A DNA stretch of 64,000 bases from Methylobacter sp. (GCF_023227905.1 NZ_JALOCF010000012.1:32618-96617); one strand, 5' to 3'. Positions 51,228 through 61,851 are shown, counted from the first letter of the stretch. Numbers and translations are program-made. Notes: generated by a model from the letters alone, not told the origin.

Positions 51228-53821
51228 AAAACCTCTCTAGCTTCCAGCGTAAAATAAAAGATCGCTCCCTGTTCGACCTTACTTTCGGCCCAAATCCGTC
51301 CGCCGTGCTTATGGATAATCCGCTGCGCGGTCGCCAGCCCGATGCCGGTGCCCGGAAACTCGTTGGTATCATGCAGGCGCTGGAAAGCGCCGAACAGCTT
51401 TTCGGCATAGGCCATGTCAAACCCGGCGCCATTGTCCCGCACGAAATAGACCGGTTCATCGTCCTGCATTTGCATGCCGAATTCGATCTGCGCCTCAGGC
51501 TGCTTGTTGGTGAATTTCCAGGCATTACCCAGCAGGTTATCCAGCACGATGCGCAATAACCGGGCGTCGCCCCAGACAATCAAGCCCGGTTGAATTGTGC
51601 ATTGCACAACGCGATTCGGTTCCTGATTGCGCAATTCATCGATCACCTCAGCGGCAAGCGCACTCAAATCGATGTCTTCGCGTTTCAATTCGGACCGGGT
51701 AATGCGTGACAATTTAAGCAAATCGTCAATCAGCGTCGCCATGCGCTGGGCGGCGGTTCGTACCCGTCTTAATCGGTCCCGGCCCGTGTCGTCCAGCCGG
51801 TCGGCGTACTCATCAAGCAGAATGCGGCTGAAACCGTCCACGGCGCGCAACGGCGCGCGCAAGTCATGGGAGACCGAGTAGCTGAAGGCTTCGAGCTCGT
51901 GGTTGACCGATTCAAGAACCATGGCTCGTTCGCGCAACGCCGTATTCAGTTGCTGGATGCGGCGATCTGTTTCTTTACGCTCGCTGATGTCTTCGATGAT
52001 GCCATCATAATAAGTATTGCCGGAGCTGTCCGTTTTCATAGCGGCGGTAACGGATGCGGAAAACTCGCGATGCTTTAGCGTAACCAGCGGTATCTCTTCG
52101 TTATCGACAAAGCCCTGTTGTTTGATTTTATCCATAAATACTTCCCAGCAGCCCGCATCACGGCACAAATCAACTATAGAGTGCTTCTGCAATTGCTCGG
52201 CAGACTCTGCTTCGAACATCGTGACGATGGCCGGATTGACTTCAAGAAAGCATCCGCTCTCCGAAGTGTGGCGATAGACGCCAATCCGCAGATTATTGAC
52301 CAGGTCCTGATACTTGGCTTGCACCTCGCGTTGTAGCTGTTCAGATCGTTTACGGGCCGTAATGTCCCGGATAATGCCGATGATGAATAGATCCAGGCCT
52401 ATCTTCAAGGGGCTTAAGGTGACCTCTATCGGTAACTCGCTACCATCCTTGCGTCGGCCATGCAAATCGCAGGCTACTCCCATCGGACGAACTACCGGGT
52501 TCTGCGTATAAGCTTGCCGATAGCCCTGATGGGCTATACGCAAATACTCGGGTATCAACAATTCGACCGGCTGATTAAGCAACTCGTCGCGGCTATAGCC
52601 GAACCAAAGTTCGGCCTGCGTATTGACCAATACGATATGCCCTTCTCCATTGACGATGATAATGGCGTCGGGCGCCGACTCAACCAAACTGCGAAACCGC
52701 GCTTCGCTGGCGATCACTTCTTGCTCTATCTGTTGCCGCCGTGTACGGTAGTGGGCAATGAACCAGCTGACTACGCCTGATAGCAGGGATAACGCGGTGA
52801 AGGCAAGCAACCTGGCTTGCAGCACATGTTTGGTAAGCAGTTTTTCGGCCGGCACGCGGGCCACTAATAGCCAGCGCTCATCGCCGCTAACAACGTCTTC
52901 GAGGATGTCTCCGAACAGGGTTTTCGGCAGGATTTCGTCATAAGTGAATAAATCGCCATTAGCCATGAACTGCTGCCGCTCGGGATGCTCGATAATAGAG
53001 GCCCAGGCCTCGCTATAGTCGTTGGTGAAGCGCTTATCCTTACGGTCAGGATACATAAAGCCCCATTCGTCTTCAGGGCGAGCGCCGATCAGCCAATAAC
53101 CCTCGGCGTTCAGCAGCCATAAGTCGCCGACGCTTTGCCGGGCAATTGTCCGAATCCGGTCTATCAGTTGTTGCGCCCCATAGCTAAGCAGGATGATGCC
53201 GCGTTTTTGCCCCCGTCGATCGAACACCGGCGTACCGAACCGGACCACAGGCTTGACCGGCTGATCGATCTTATCGTGTTCAATGATAAGATCGAATGAG
53301 GATATATAAACATTATCCTTATCCAGGGCCAGCGTTTGCCCGACAAAATAGAGATTGGTCCTGTCCTGCAACTCTTTCTCGGGCACAATCACCGGCAGCC
53401 CGTGGTCCCGGTTAACGCGCATTCTTTCCTGTTTTTTTTCATCCAGAAACACGATACCCTCATAACGCTCCCGGTATTTGACAAAAGTAACCCAATCAGT
53501 GCTCAAGCTCGTCGTATTCAGGGGAGATTCATTATCGAGCCAGTCGTGCAACGCCGGCTTATCTCTTAGATAAAACAGGTCGTCGTGCAGCTCCTGCAAT
53601 TCTTGGACGATAAAATGACTGCCCACTCTTATAGTCTTTCGCTCTTCATCGCTTATGTAGGCGAGCATTGATTTTTCTTGAGTTTTATAAACGCTCCACA
53701 ACGCGATGGCCAAGGCCAGGGTCAGCAGCGCCCATATGAGAATGAACTGGCGGATTATCGACCAATGTTGCTGATCTTCGTTTGAGCTAAAAAACTTACC
53801 ACTCATAGTGATAGCCACCAT
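51224..53821 (-). CDS. Cache-PAS-PAS sensor histidine kinase
   Basis: Two TMs, PAS domains, [27 protein letters not shown]. Confidence 0.93.
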   Translation of the reverse strand: MVAITMSGKFFSSNEDQQHWSIIRQFILIWALLTLALAIALWSVYKTQEKSMLAYISDEERKTIRVGSHFIVQELQELHDDLFYLRDKPALHDWLDNESPLNTTSLSTDWVTFVKYRERYEGIVFLDEKKQERMRVNRDHGLPVIVPEKELQDRTNLYFVGQTLALDKDNVYISSFDLIIEHDKIDQPVKPVVRFGTPVFDRRGQKRGIILLSYGAQQLIDRIRTIARQSVGDLWLLNAEGYWLIGARPEDEWGFMYPDRKDKRFTNDYSEAWASIIEHPERQQFMANGDLFTYDEILPKTLFGDILEDVVSGDERWLLVARVPAEKLLTKHVLQARLLAFTALSLLSGVVSWFIAHYRTRRQQIEQEVIASEARFRSLVESAPDAIIIVNGEGHIVLVNTQAELWFGYSRDELLNQPVELLIPEYLRIAHQGYRQAYTQNPVVRPMGVACDLHGRRKDGSELPIEVTLSPLKIGLDLFIIGIIRDITARKRSEQLQREVQAKYQDLVNNLRIGVYRHTSESGCFLEVNPAIVTMFEAESAEQLQKHSIVDLCRDAGCWEVFMDKIKQQGFVDNEEIPLVTLKHREFSASVTAAMKTDSSGNTYYDGIIEDISERKETDRRIQQLNTALRERAMVLESVNHELEAFSYSVSHDLRAPLRAVDGFSRILLDEYADRLDDTGRDRLRRVRTAAQRMATLIDDLLKLSRITRSELKREDIDLSALAAEVIDELRNQEPNRVVQCTIQPGLIVWGDARLLRIVLDNLLGNAWKFTNKQPEAQIEFGMQMQDDEPVYFVRDNGAGFDMAYAEKLFGAFQRLHDTNEFPGTGIGLATAQRIIHKHGGRIWAESKVEQGAIFYFTLEAREVL

Positions 53822-54365
53822 TTCAGTTTATCGTTTTTAACGTCATGCCAAATCAGTGCAAGGATTTTTTCGAACACCTGCATGAAACTTATCCCTTATT
53901 ACCTTTTATTGCAAATTTTGTGGTTATGGATGCAGCAGTGACCGGGGAATCAGCTTGACTCCATTTTGTAGAGCTAGAGTTTTGTTCAATTGTTCGTTTT
54001 CAAAATTGCAGCCAAGCCGCCTTACAATCCGAATCCGGGAAACCACCTTGGGTTTGAGCCGATATTCCAGCAGATCGACTAATCATTACCGAAAACGGTA
54101 TTCATATCCACAAGGAGATGCAGTTGATGCTGGATGACAGCCTCTGTATTTTCTTGGTTAGCGAGGTATTTATATGGGCCGAAGATACGGGAGTTGGTTG
54201 TTTCGCCCTCGTTCCCACGCACTGCGCTCATCGTTATACAGGTATCTGCGGGATCGTCACTCCAACAATCCCTTACCTGGCGTCAGGCGAGAAACAGGCC
54301 GATAGGCCCCGTCCGGCTTGGTTCGAAAGTGAGTGCTAATAGTGCGTGCTGGTTCCCAAGCTCCA

Positions 54366-54537
54366 GAGACTGTGAAAGTATGCGTTTTAGAACAAAAGCA
54401 AAAGCATTCACCACGAAGGCACGAAGGACACGAAGTTTTCAATACATTGAGTTTAAACAATTATTTTTCTTCGTGACCTTCGTGCCTTCGTGGTGAATAG
54501 TTTTTTAAATTAATTTTGATAATACTTTCACAGTCTC
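54366..54537. mobile_element. 172-bp MITE with 16-bp TIRs and a target duplication, inserted in a REP palindrome
   Basis: GAGACTGTGAAAGTAT...ATACTTTCACAGTCTC flanked by TCCA on both sides; contains the family B repeat at 54406-54498. Confidence 0.82.
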
Positions 54538-54655
54538 TCCAGCTTGGGAACGCAGTGCAGCCTGCCATGAGCCTGTCGAAGAGCATAAACAACTTAAATT
54601 GCTTCGCTCGGATAATGAGAGTGTCCGGCTTGTATCCGTTAATTTTTTGAATAAA

Positions 54656-56335
54656 CTACAGCTCACGTAAAACGCCTTGCTCCATGCTATAGACGACATC
54701 GACCAAGCCCAACCCGGCCTCACGATGCGTCACCATCACCACGGTTTTATCCTTGGAAAAATTCGCCAACGCTGTGAATACATCCCGCTCCGTATCGCGA
54801 TCCAAACCCTCCGTTGGCTCGTCCAGAATCAATACCGGCGCATTTTTAAGATAAAGCCGCGCCAGGGCGATACGCCGCGCTTCGCCTCCCGACACTTTCA
54901 CGCCGCTCTCGCCGACCCAGGTTTCAAGACCTTCCGGCAAATAACCGATAAAATTCTCCAGCCCTGCGGCTTTAACCGCGGCATTCAGTTCCGCTAGCGA
55001 TGCGTCCGGTCTGGCAATTAACAAGTTTTCTCTGATCGTAGCCGCAAACAATTGGCTGCGCTGGGACAATACGCCAAAACAGCTCATCAGTTCATCGGCA
55101 TCGAATTGCCTGATATCCTGTCCTGCCAATAACACGCTGCCCTGCTCTGGATCGTAATAACGCATCAACAGCTGCAACAAGGTGGTCTTGCCCGAACCGC
55201 TGGGGCCGACGATGGCGATTTTTCCGCCCTGCGGAATAACCAGGCTGATATTTTTCAGCACCCGCTCCTGCTGGTCCGGATAGCGAAAGCTCACCTCGTT
55301 TAACTGCAAATCATAACAGCCCGGCAAGGCTAGTGGCTGAGCCGCCGGGGTAATGGTCGGCGGCATTTCGGTAACCTGCCTGATGCGCCGGGCGGCTTTT
55401 TGGGTTTTTCCTAACATTTGCAGGGCTTGCGGCAACGGCGTCACTAATTCAAAAGCCGCAATCACGCAAAAAACGACCACGGCGGAATCCGTTCCCGATA
55501 ACAGGCCGTCTTTAAATGCCACCGCCGCAAGCATCAATGCCATCAACAAGGTTATCTGCGACAGCAACAAGGTGAAGGCTGAAGAAATCGCCGACAAGCG
55601 GTTGTTCCGGCGTTGGATACTGATCATCAAGTCGGAAAACTGCACCAGCTTATCGCTAAACCGTCCGTAAGCCTGGTTGGCGATTAAATCCGCCAAGCCT
55701 TGGATCATATCGAGTTGCCGAATCCTGAAATTGGCCGCCAATACGACGATCTCTTCGGCCCCGGCGCTACCCAGGCGGTTAAAAATCCACGGCACCCAAA
55801 CCGAGGCAATCACCAGCATCAGGCCGGTCGTTAAACTGATGACCGGCGCGTAAAAAGCCAAAAAGACGGTAACAGCGGTTATGCCGACCGCCGCGACAAC
55901 GGCAGGAGCCAGCAATCGCAAATACAATGCGTCCAAGGCATCAATGTCCGCTGTCATGCGTGACAGCAAATCGCCACTGCGCATAGTCGACAAACGCCCC
56001 GGAGCCAACGGAACAAGCTGCCGGAAAAACCAGCTGCGTATTCCCGCCAATACCCGGAAAGTCGCTTCATGCGTGACTATCCGCTCGCCATAACGGCCTA
56101 ACGTGCGGGTGATCGCCAACGTGCGGATTTGTGCCGCCGGCAACATATAATTGAAGATCAGCGTATTGCCGTCGAGAGCGATTAAGCCCGCTATAGCCGA
56201 AGCGCTGATAAACCAGCCTGACAGCGTCAACAAGGCGATAGACGCGAATGCCGTCAGCAGTGACAGCGCTATTCCGCCCGCTAACCAGGCGCTATGCGGC
56301 TTGAATAATTTCAGGAAAAACCATAAATCTTTCAC
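54656..56335 (-). CDS. cydC: Thiol reductant/heme ABC exporter subunit CydC
   Basis: RYGERIVTHEATFR, GPSGSGKT, VSGGEARR, LDEPT. Confidence 0.93.
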   Translation of the reverse strand: MKDLWFFLKLFKPHSAWLAGGIALSLLTAFASIALLTLSGWFISASAIAGLIALDGNTLIFNYMLPAAQIRTLAITRTLGRYGERIVTHEATFRVLAGIRSWFFRQLVPLAPGRLSTMRSGDLLSRMTADIDALDALYLRLLAPAVVAAVGITAVTVFLAFYAPVISLTTGLMLVIASVWVPWIFNRLGSAGAEEIVVLAANFRIRQLDMIQGLADLIANQAYGRFSDKLVQFSDLMISIQRRNNRLSAISSAFTLLLSQITLLMALMLAAVAFKDGLLSGTDSAVVVFCVIAAFELVTPLPQALQMLGKTQKAARRIRQVTEMPPTITPAAQPLALPGCYDLQLNEVSFRYPDQQERVLKNISLVIPQGGKIAIVGPSGSGKTTLLQLLMRYYDPEQGSVLLAGQDIRQFDADELMSCFGVLSQRSQLFAATIRENLLIARPDASLAELNAAVKAAGLENFIGYLPEGLETWVGESGVKVSGGEARRIALARLYLKNAPVLILDEPTEGLDRDTERDVFTALANFSKDKTVVMVTHREAGLGLVDVVYSMEQGVLREL

Positions 56336-58170
56336 GATACCACCCGTCCTTGCAGCAGTTCGATCCGTCTGCCCATTCTATTAATCACTTCGGGGTCATG
56401 GCTAGCGATAATCAGGGTTTTATCTGCAAACAGCTTATCGATCACATCCAACAGCAGCGTTTTGTTGGCGGCATCGAGATTGGCGGTAGGCTCATCCAGC
56501 AACACGATGTCGGCATTTTTTAAAAAGGCCCGGGCCAGCGCGATTCGTTGTACTTGTCCGCCCGACAAGCCATAGCCTCGCTCGCCAATCCGGGTCAACA
56601 AACCGTCCGGCAACTGCGCGCTGAATTCAGTCACGCCGGCCGCTTGTGCCGCTTCGGCAATGCGTTGCTCGGACGCATCGGGATCGGCCAGCGCGATATT
56701 GTCTTTGATGCTGCCGTGGAAGATGTAGGCGTTTTGGCCGCCCCAGGCGATGGTTTGAACAGCATAGTCCCGGTTAATCATTTGACCGTTAAGCAACACT
56801 TGGCCTTCGGTTGCCGCTTCAAAACCCAATAACAGATTTAACAGCGTCGTTTTTCCGGCGCCCGACTCGCCGACCAAGGCAATTTTTTCATCGGCGGCAA
56901 TGTGCAGATTGATATCGCTTAAGACCTGCCGCTTGCCATATGTTTTACTAACATTGTTAAATTCTATTAGGCAGGTGTTACCCTCTTCTCGTTCCCACGC
57001 GCTGCGTGGGAACGCTGTATCAACGCGTTGCGTTGAGGAACAGCCCGCAGCGCGGGCGGCATGAGCTTCCACGCGGCGCGTGGGAACTAGGTTCGATTGT
57101 CTTGCACCTATATCATTATTTAAATCACTTACCACCTCGGCGTCTTGCTCCAGTATTTCAAGGATGGCGTCAGTCGCGCCCAATGCCGCGGCCCGGTCAT
57201 GATAATTGATCGCCAACTGCCTGAGCGGCATAAAAAACTCGGGCGCCAGCAGTAATACGAACAGCGCTTCACCTAAGCTGATATGCATAGCCGGGCCGAA
57301 ATGAACCAACCCTAACAAGCCCAGCCCGACATACACGGCCACCAGGGCAACCGCAACCGCGCTAAAAAATTCCAGGACTGCCGACGATAAAAACGCAATA
57401 CGCAAAACTGCCATGGTTTTTTCCCGAAAACCCTCGGCAATTTGGTTGATATTGGCTAGCTCCTGGCTCGCTTGGCCGAACAGCTTGAGTGTCGCCAGCC
57501 CTTGCAATCGATCCAGAAAATAGCCGCTCATTCTCGTCATCGCCAAAAACTGGCTGCGATTTGCCGAGGCGGCGCCCATGCCGACTAAAGCCATGAAAAT
57601 CGGCACCAGCGGCCCGGTCACCAAAAAGATCAAGCCGACCACCCAGTTAACCGGCATGACCACGATAATCATGATGATCGGCAGTACGCCGACGATCATT
57701 TGCTGGGGCAAATAACGCGAAAAATAATTTTCCAGCGCATCGACCTGTTCCAAGGTAACGGCCGCCAGTTCACCGCTTTGGCGTTGTTTGATTGCAGCGG
57801 GGCCCAACGCTAAAAACTTGTCGAACAACTGCTGTCTTACCGACGCCCTGACCTGCGCCCCGGCCTCAAATCCCCAGCTTTGGTGCAAATAAACGCACGC
57901 GCTACGCAGTATGAAAACAGCAGCCAGCGCTATGAACTGCGTAATCAAGGATGTCCATGGCAGCTTGTCGATAATGAGCGTTTGCAGGATAAAGGCAAGC
58001 AATGCCGATTGGGCAATTACGCCCAAGCCGTTGGCAATGCCAGCCATAGCGGCAAATAAAATGGGTTTGCGAACCGCTTTGCGTTGCGTTTTTAACCAGT
58101 CGGCACAGTTTTTTTCTCTGGCCTTGCTTTTATCGAAATAGGCTTGGTTATCTGTTTCTTTTAACTTCAC
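56332..58170 (-). CDS. cydD: Thiol reductant/heme ABC exporter subunit CydD, with an in-frame REP insertion
   Basis: MAVLRIAFLSSAVLEFF, APEFFMPLRQLAINYH, GESGAGKT, LSGGQ. Confidence 0.93.
   Translation of the reverse strand: MKLKETDNQAYFDKSKAREKNCADWLKTQRKAVRKPILFAAMAGIANGLGVIAQSALLAFILQTLIIDKLPWTSLITQFIALAAVFILRSACVYLHQSWGFEAGAQVRASVRQQLFDKFLALGPAAIKQRQSGELAAVTLEQVDALENYFSRYLPQQMIVGVLPIIMIIVVMPVNWVVGLIFLVTGPLVPIFMALVGMGAASANRSQFLAMTRMSGYFLDRLQGLATLKLFGQASQELANINQIAEGFREKTMAVLRIAFLSSAVLEFFSAVAVALVAVYVGLGLLGLVHFGPAMHISLGEALFVLLLAPEFFMPLRQLAINYHDRAAALGATDAILEILEQDAEVVSDLNNDIGARQSNLVPTRRVEAHAARAAGCSSTQRVDTAFPRSAWEREEGNTCLIEFNNVSKTYGKRQVLSDINLHIAADEKIALVGESGAGKTTLLNLLLGFEAATEGQVLLNGQMINRDYAVQTIAWGGQNAYIFHGSIKDNIALADPDASEQRIAEAAQAAGVTEFSAQLPDGLLTRIGERGYGLSGGQVQRIALARAFLKNADIVLLDEPTANLDAANKTLLLDVIDKLFADKTLIIASHDPEVINRMGRRIELLQGRVVS
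56988..57090. repeat. Family A REP doublet inside the cydD coding sequence
   Basis: CTCGTTCCCACGCGCTGCGTGGGAACG...TTCCACGCGGCGCGTGGGAACTAG. Confidence 0.82.
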
Positions 58171-58383
58171 TGTTTTTTGCCGTTCGTTTTATTGAAGCCA
58201 AGCATATCACACCGGCTTTGCCGGAAGCCTTTGCCGCGTCGATAGCTTGTTGCCAAAATTGTCGACAATGTTCAGCTTTAATTTAGTAAGTGCGATATAT
58301 AATGTTAACAACGTCTCTTTAACAAAGAGCGCTTGACCTGACTTCGTTAGAAGTCCCATCCAAATCAATCTAAAGAGATTCCT

Positions 58384-59277
58384 ATGAAAATTAAATTATT
58401 GACGATAGGTATAAGCTCAGTTCTTTTGACAGCTTGTGTCACTGACCCTTACACCGGACAATCCAGCCTCAGCAAGACAGCCATGGGCGGCGGACTGGGC
58501 GCAGCGGTCGGCGCAGGCGCGGGAACGCTGTTTGGCGGCAACGATCTTCAGAATGCCGGATGGGGCGCTTTAGCCGGCGGCGCCCTTGGTGCGGCTGTGG
58601 GCGTGTATATGGATAAACAGCAAGAAGACATGCAGAAATCTTTACAAGGCACCGGCATTGAAGTGCAGAGAACCGCGGAAAACACGCTGAACCTAACCAT
58701 GCCGAGCAACGTTACTTTTGCATTTGATTCGGCGGATTTAACGCCGCAAGCACAAGGCGCCTTGGATTCAGTTGCGAGGGTACTAAATCAATACCCGGAT
58801 TCGACGATCAACGTCACCGGTCATACCGACGATAAAGGCACAGACAGTTATAATCAGGTGTTATCCGAGCGACGTGCAGCCAGCGTTGCAAGCTATTTAT
58901 CGCAACATGGCGTAAATTTTTCCCGCTTGACCCAAAAGGGCATGGGCGAGAAGATGCCGAAAGTGCCTAATGTGAGTGAGGACAATCGCGGACAGAATCG
59001 CCGGGTAGAGTTGGCTATTGTCGCCAACAATAATGCGGGGGCGCAGCAAGGTAACCCACAACAACAACAACAACAACAACAAGGTTACCCACAACAGCAG
59101 GGTTATCCTCAACAACAAAGCTATCCTCAGCAACAAGGTTACCCGCAACAGCAGGGTTATCCGCAGCAGCAAGGTTACCCCCAACAACAAGGCTATCCGC
59201 AACAGCAGGGCTACCCGCAACAAGGTTATCCTCAGCAGCAGAACTATCCGCAGCAGCCGTACTATTACCAACAATAA
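58384..59277 (+). CDS. OmpA-family lipoprotein with a glycine zipper and a (QQQGYP)n tail
   Basis: Lipobox LTAC, GHTDDKG..YNQVLSERRA, NRRVE; ten xYP-Q repeat units. Confidence 0.92.
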   Translation: MKIKLLTIGISSVLLTACVTDPYTGQSSLSKTAMGGGLGAAVGAGAGTLFGGNDLQNAGWGALAGGALGAAVGVYMDKQQEDMQKSLQGTGIEVQRTAENTLNLTMPSNVTFAFDSADLTPQAQGALDSVARVLNQYPDSTINVTGHTDDKGTDSYNQVLSERRAASVASYLSQHGVNFSRLTQKGMGEKMPKVPNVSEDNRGQNRRVELAIVANNNAGAQQGNPQQQQQQQQGYPQQQGYPQQQSYPQQQGYPQQQGYPQQQGYPQQQGYPQQQGYPQQGYPQQQNYPQQPYYYQQ

Positions 59278-59281
59278 CACC

Positions 59282-60073
59282 ATGAGCTTAAACCGCCCCG
59301 TTGTGCTTTCATTTTCCGGTCATGACCCCAGCGGAGGCGCTGGGGTTCAGGCCGACATTGAAGCTTTGGTCAGTCATCGTTGCCATGCCGCCAGCGTTAT
59401 CACCGCCTTGACCGAGCAGGACACCCGGAATGTAAAAAAACTCATCCCACAAAACCCGGAAGCCATTATTAGTCAAGCCACCACCTTGTTGGACGATCTG
59501 CCGGTCAAAGCTTTTAAAATCGGTTTAATCGGCCACCATGAAACCGCTGCCGCCATTCATGAGATACTGAAACAACACCCGCATATTCCGGTGGTGTTGG
59601 ACCCGGTGCTGGCGGCGGGTGGCGGCGCTGAGCTGTCAAACGACCGGCTGATTGTCACTATTATTGACTTGCTGTTGCCCTGCACTACCGTGTTAACGCC
59701 GAACAGTGAAGAAGCGCGAAAGCTGGCCGGATTGCCCGATCTTAACGACTGTGGCCTGGCATTACTGGAAAAAGGCTGCGACTATGTGCTGATCACCGGC
59801 AGCCATGAAGACACGCCTTCGGTCAGCAATCAGCTGTTCCATGACCGGCACAGCTGGGAAACCTACACTTGGGACAGATTGCCGTTCAGCTATCATGGCT
59901 CTGGCTGCACACTGGCCTCCAGCATTGCGGCATTAATCGCGCATGGCCTGGAGCCGTTGCAGGCGGTCATAGAGGCCCAGGAATACACCTGGAATTCATT
60001 ACATGCTGCCTACCAACCGGGCCAAGGCCAGCATATTCCCAATCGATTTTTCTGGATGGACGAGAGTGATTAA
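59282..60073 (+). CDS. thiD: Hydroxymethylpyrimidine/phosphomethylpyrimidine kinase
   Basis: SGHDPSGGAGVQAD, VLDPV, TPNSEE, HGSGCTLAS; start ATG 59282. Confidence 0.9.
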   Translation: MSLNRPVVLSFSGHDPSGGAGVQADIEALVSHRCHAASVITALTEQDTRNVKKLIPQNPEAIISQATTLLDDLPVKAFKIGLIGHHETAAAIHEILKQHPHIPVVLDPVLAAGGGAELSNDRLIVTIIDLLLPCTTVLTPNSEEARKLAGLPDLNDCGLALLEKGCDYVLITGSHEDTPSVSNQLFHDRHSWETYTWDRLPFSYHGSGCTLASSIAALIAHGLEPLQAVIEAQEYTWNSLHAAYQPGQGQHIPNRFFWMDESD

Positions 60074-60686
60074 GTTTCCAACCAACGGACTGTACGCGAT
60101 CACTCAGACCGCGAACAAATCCGGCGATACCATTATCAGCGAAGTTGCCGCGGCCATTAAAGGCGGTGCAGCCGTTGTGCAATACCGGGACAAAAACCCG
60201 GTTGATGCGCCATTCCTTGCCCGCGAGCTGGTTAAAATCTGCCATAGCCATAACGTGCCTTTATTGATCAATGACGACATCGAACTTGCGGCACTGGTCG
60301 GCGCCGACGGCGTTCACCTCGGCAGAGAAGACGGGGCTGTTATCCAGGCCAGAAAGCAGTTGGGCGGCGATGCGATTATCGGCGTGTCCTGTTACAACTT
60401 TGTCGAACTGGCCGTAGCCGCCCAGGAACAAGGCGCAACTTATGCGGCGTTCGGACGGTTTTTCCCGTCCTCGTCAAAACCGCTGGCGGCGCCCGCCCAG
60501 ATTGAAACATTAAGGCAGGCGAAACTTGCCTTGACCATCCCCATTGTCGCGATAGGCGGCATTCTGCCGGACAATGGCGGACAGCTGCTTGCAGCGGGAG
60601 CCGATTTGCTGGCGGTCATCGGCGGGATATTCGACGATCAGCCGGAACAATCGGCTCGGGCTTATCAGACTTTATTCAGCCGTTAA
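60066..60686 (+). CDS. thiE: Thiamine-phosphate synthase
   Basis: VQYRDK, LINDD, GVHLG, VAIGGI; probable start GTG 60066. Confidence 0.92.
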   Translation: MIKFPTNGLYAITQTANKSGDTIISEVAAAIKGGAAVVQYRDKNPVDAPFLARELVKICHSHNVPLLINDDIELAALVGADGVHLGREDGAVIQARKQLGGDAIIGVSCYNFVELAVAAQEQGATYAAFGRFFPSSSKPLAAPAQIETLRQAKLALTIPIVAIGGILPDNGGQLLAAGADLLAVIGGIFDDQPEQSARAYQTLFSR

Positions 60687-60695
60687 ATGCTTTCC

Positions 60696-61814
60696 TTAAA
60701 CGCCATGAAAGTACCCGCCCTTAGAACCATGCCCTACTGGTAACGCTACCGGCAACACCGGTTGTGGCGCTACTTTTTGATAAATCGCCACCGGATTGCC
60801 ATCCAGCACGGTAAGGGCCTGATTTAACGCTGTTCGATCAAATTCAGGCAAGACCCGCGCCGCGCCAGTTCCTGACTGGCCAGCGGCATACACTCCATCC
60901 CTGGAGATCGCCGCGCCTGCTCCCGGCAGGCTTGCGGCATACACACCGTCCCTGGCGATATTGGCTTTCTGGATGAGCTTCAACGCCGTATCCAATCTCT
61001 GCTCCAGCGTCGTTTCTTCTCCTTCAAGATCGGGATGCGCTTCGATGTATAACGTATTGTCCAGCCAGCCAACCTTGATCGGTTGTTTGACCATGTAAAC
61101 CGGCGTTCCTACCGGAACCGAGTTATACAAAGCCTCAATATCTTCAGGATACATGCGCACGCAACCATGCGTTATCTGCATACCGATGCCGTAAATCTTA
61201 TCTATATCGGTGCCGTGTATCAGGTAGCCTCCGGGTACGGCCAGATGCAGCATGTAGGCTCCCAGAGGGTTATGCGGACCCGGCGGAACCACGCCCGGCA
61301 ACGGATCGCCATTTGCGGCATGTTCGCGCCTGATCGATTCCGGCGGATGCCATGCCGGATCTTTGACCTTGCGTACAATTTTGGTTTTGCCCAGAGGCGT
61401 TTTCCAGTCTTGCCGACCGATGCCATGAGCAAAGGACATAACCTGCGGCGCAACGCCTTTTTGAGCCGGCGGATAATAATACATCCGGTATTCGGCGATA
61501 TTCAGGGTAATGCCCTCGTGCGGCGTATCCGGCAAAATGCGTCTGTTGGATAAACGAACAATCTCGTCTTTTTTGACTTGCCAGCGATCAAGGTTCGGAT
61601 TCAACCTGACGATTTCCGTTTGTCCCAAAAGAAAACGTCTTGCCACATCCGGCAAAGTCTCGTTTTGCTCCGCACGCGTTAAAGGCACATCGTCTTGAAA
61701 CTGGGTGATAACGCTGTCATTGCTATTTTCGGGCAACGTATAGGTCGTGGCATTAGCCGTACCGCCGAACACAGACAATAAGAACGAACAAGCAAATAGC
61801 GAACGGATTTTCAT
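60696..61814 (-). CDS. L,D-transpeptidase (ErfK/YbiS family) with a 34-aa repeat insertion
   Basis: GIGR..WKTP, NPLG, LIHGT...THGCVRM; probable start MKIRSL. Confidence 0.92.
   Translation of the reverse strand: MKIRSLFACSFLLSVFGGTANATTYTLPENSNDSVITQFQDDVPLTRAEQNETLPDVARRFLLGQTEIVRLNPNLDRWQVKKDEIVRLSNRRILPDTPHEGITLNIAEYRMYYYPPAQKGVAPQVMSFAHGIGRQDWKTPLGKTKIVRKVKDPAWHPPESIRREHAANGDPLPGVVPPGPHNPLGAYMLHLAVPGGYLIHGTDIDKIYGIGMQITHGCVRMYPEDIEALYNSVPVGTPVYMVKQPIKVGWLDNTLYIEAHPDLEGEETTLEQRLDTALKLIQKANIARDGVYAASLPGAGAAISRDGVYAAGQSGTGAARVLPEFDRTALNQALTVLDGNPVAIYQKVAPQPVLPVALPVGHGSKGGYFHGV
60858..60959 (-). repeat. Two tandem 51-bp GGA-hairpin units, in frame in the L,D-transpeptidase
   Basis: Encode IARDGVYAASLPGAGAA and ISRDGVYAAGQSGTGAA. 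Confidence 0.85.
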
Positions 61815-61851
61815 GAAGGTAATTTTCTCAGGTTTATTAACGGAAATTTTT

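Noticed and set aside
59059..59270. Regular repeats considered as a CRISPR array
   Set aside because: 18-bp coding tandem repeats with no spacers; no cas genes in the window
59018..59281. Asn-rich N-terminal extension of ThiD in the ORF track
   Set aside because: Alternative-frame reading of the OmpA Gln repeats; ThiD homology starts at ATG 59282. The SdhE extension to 32905 is likewise an overlap artefact
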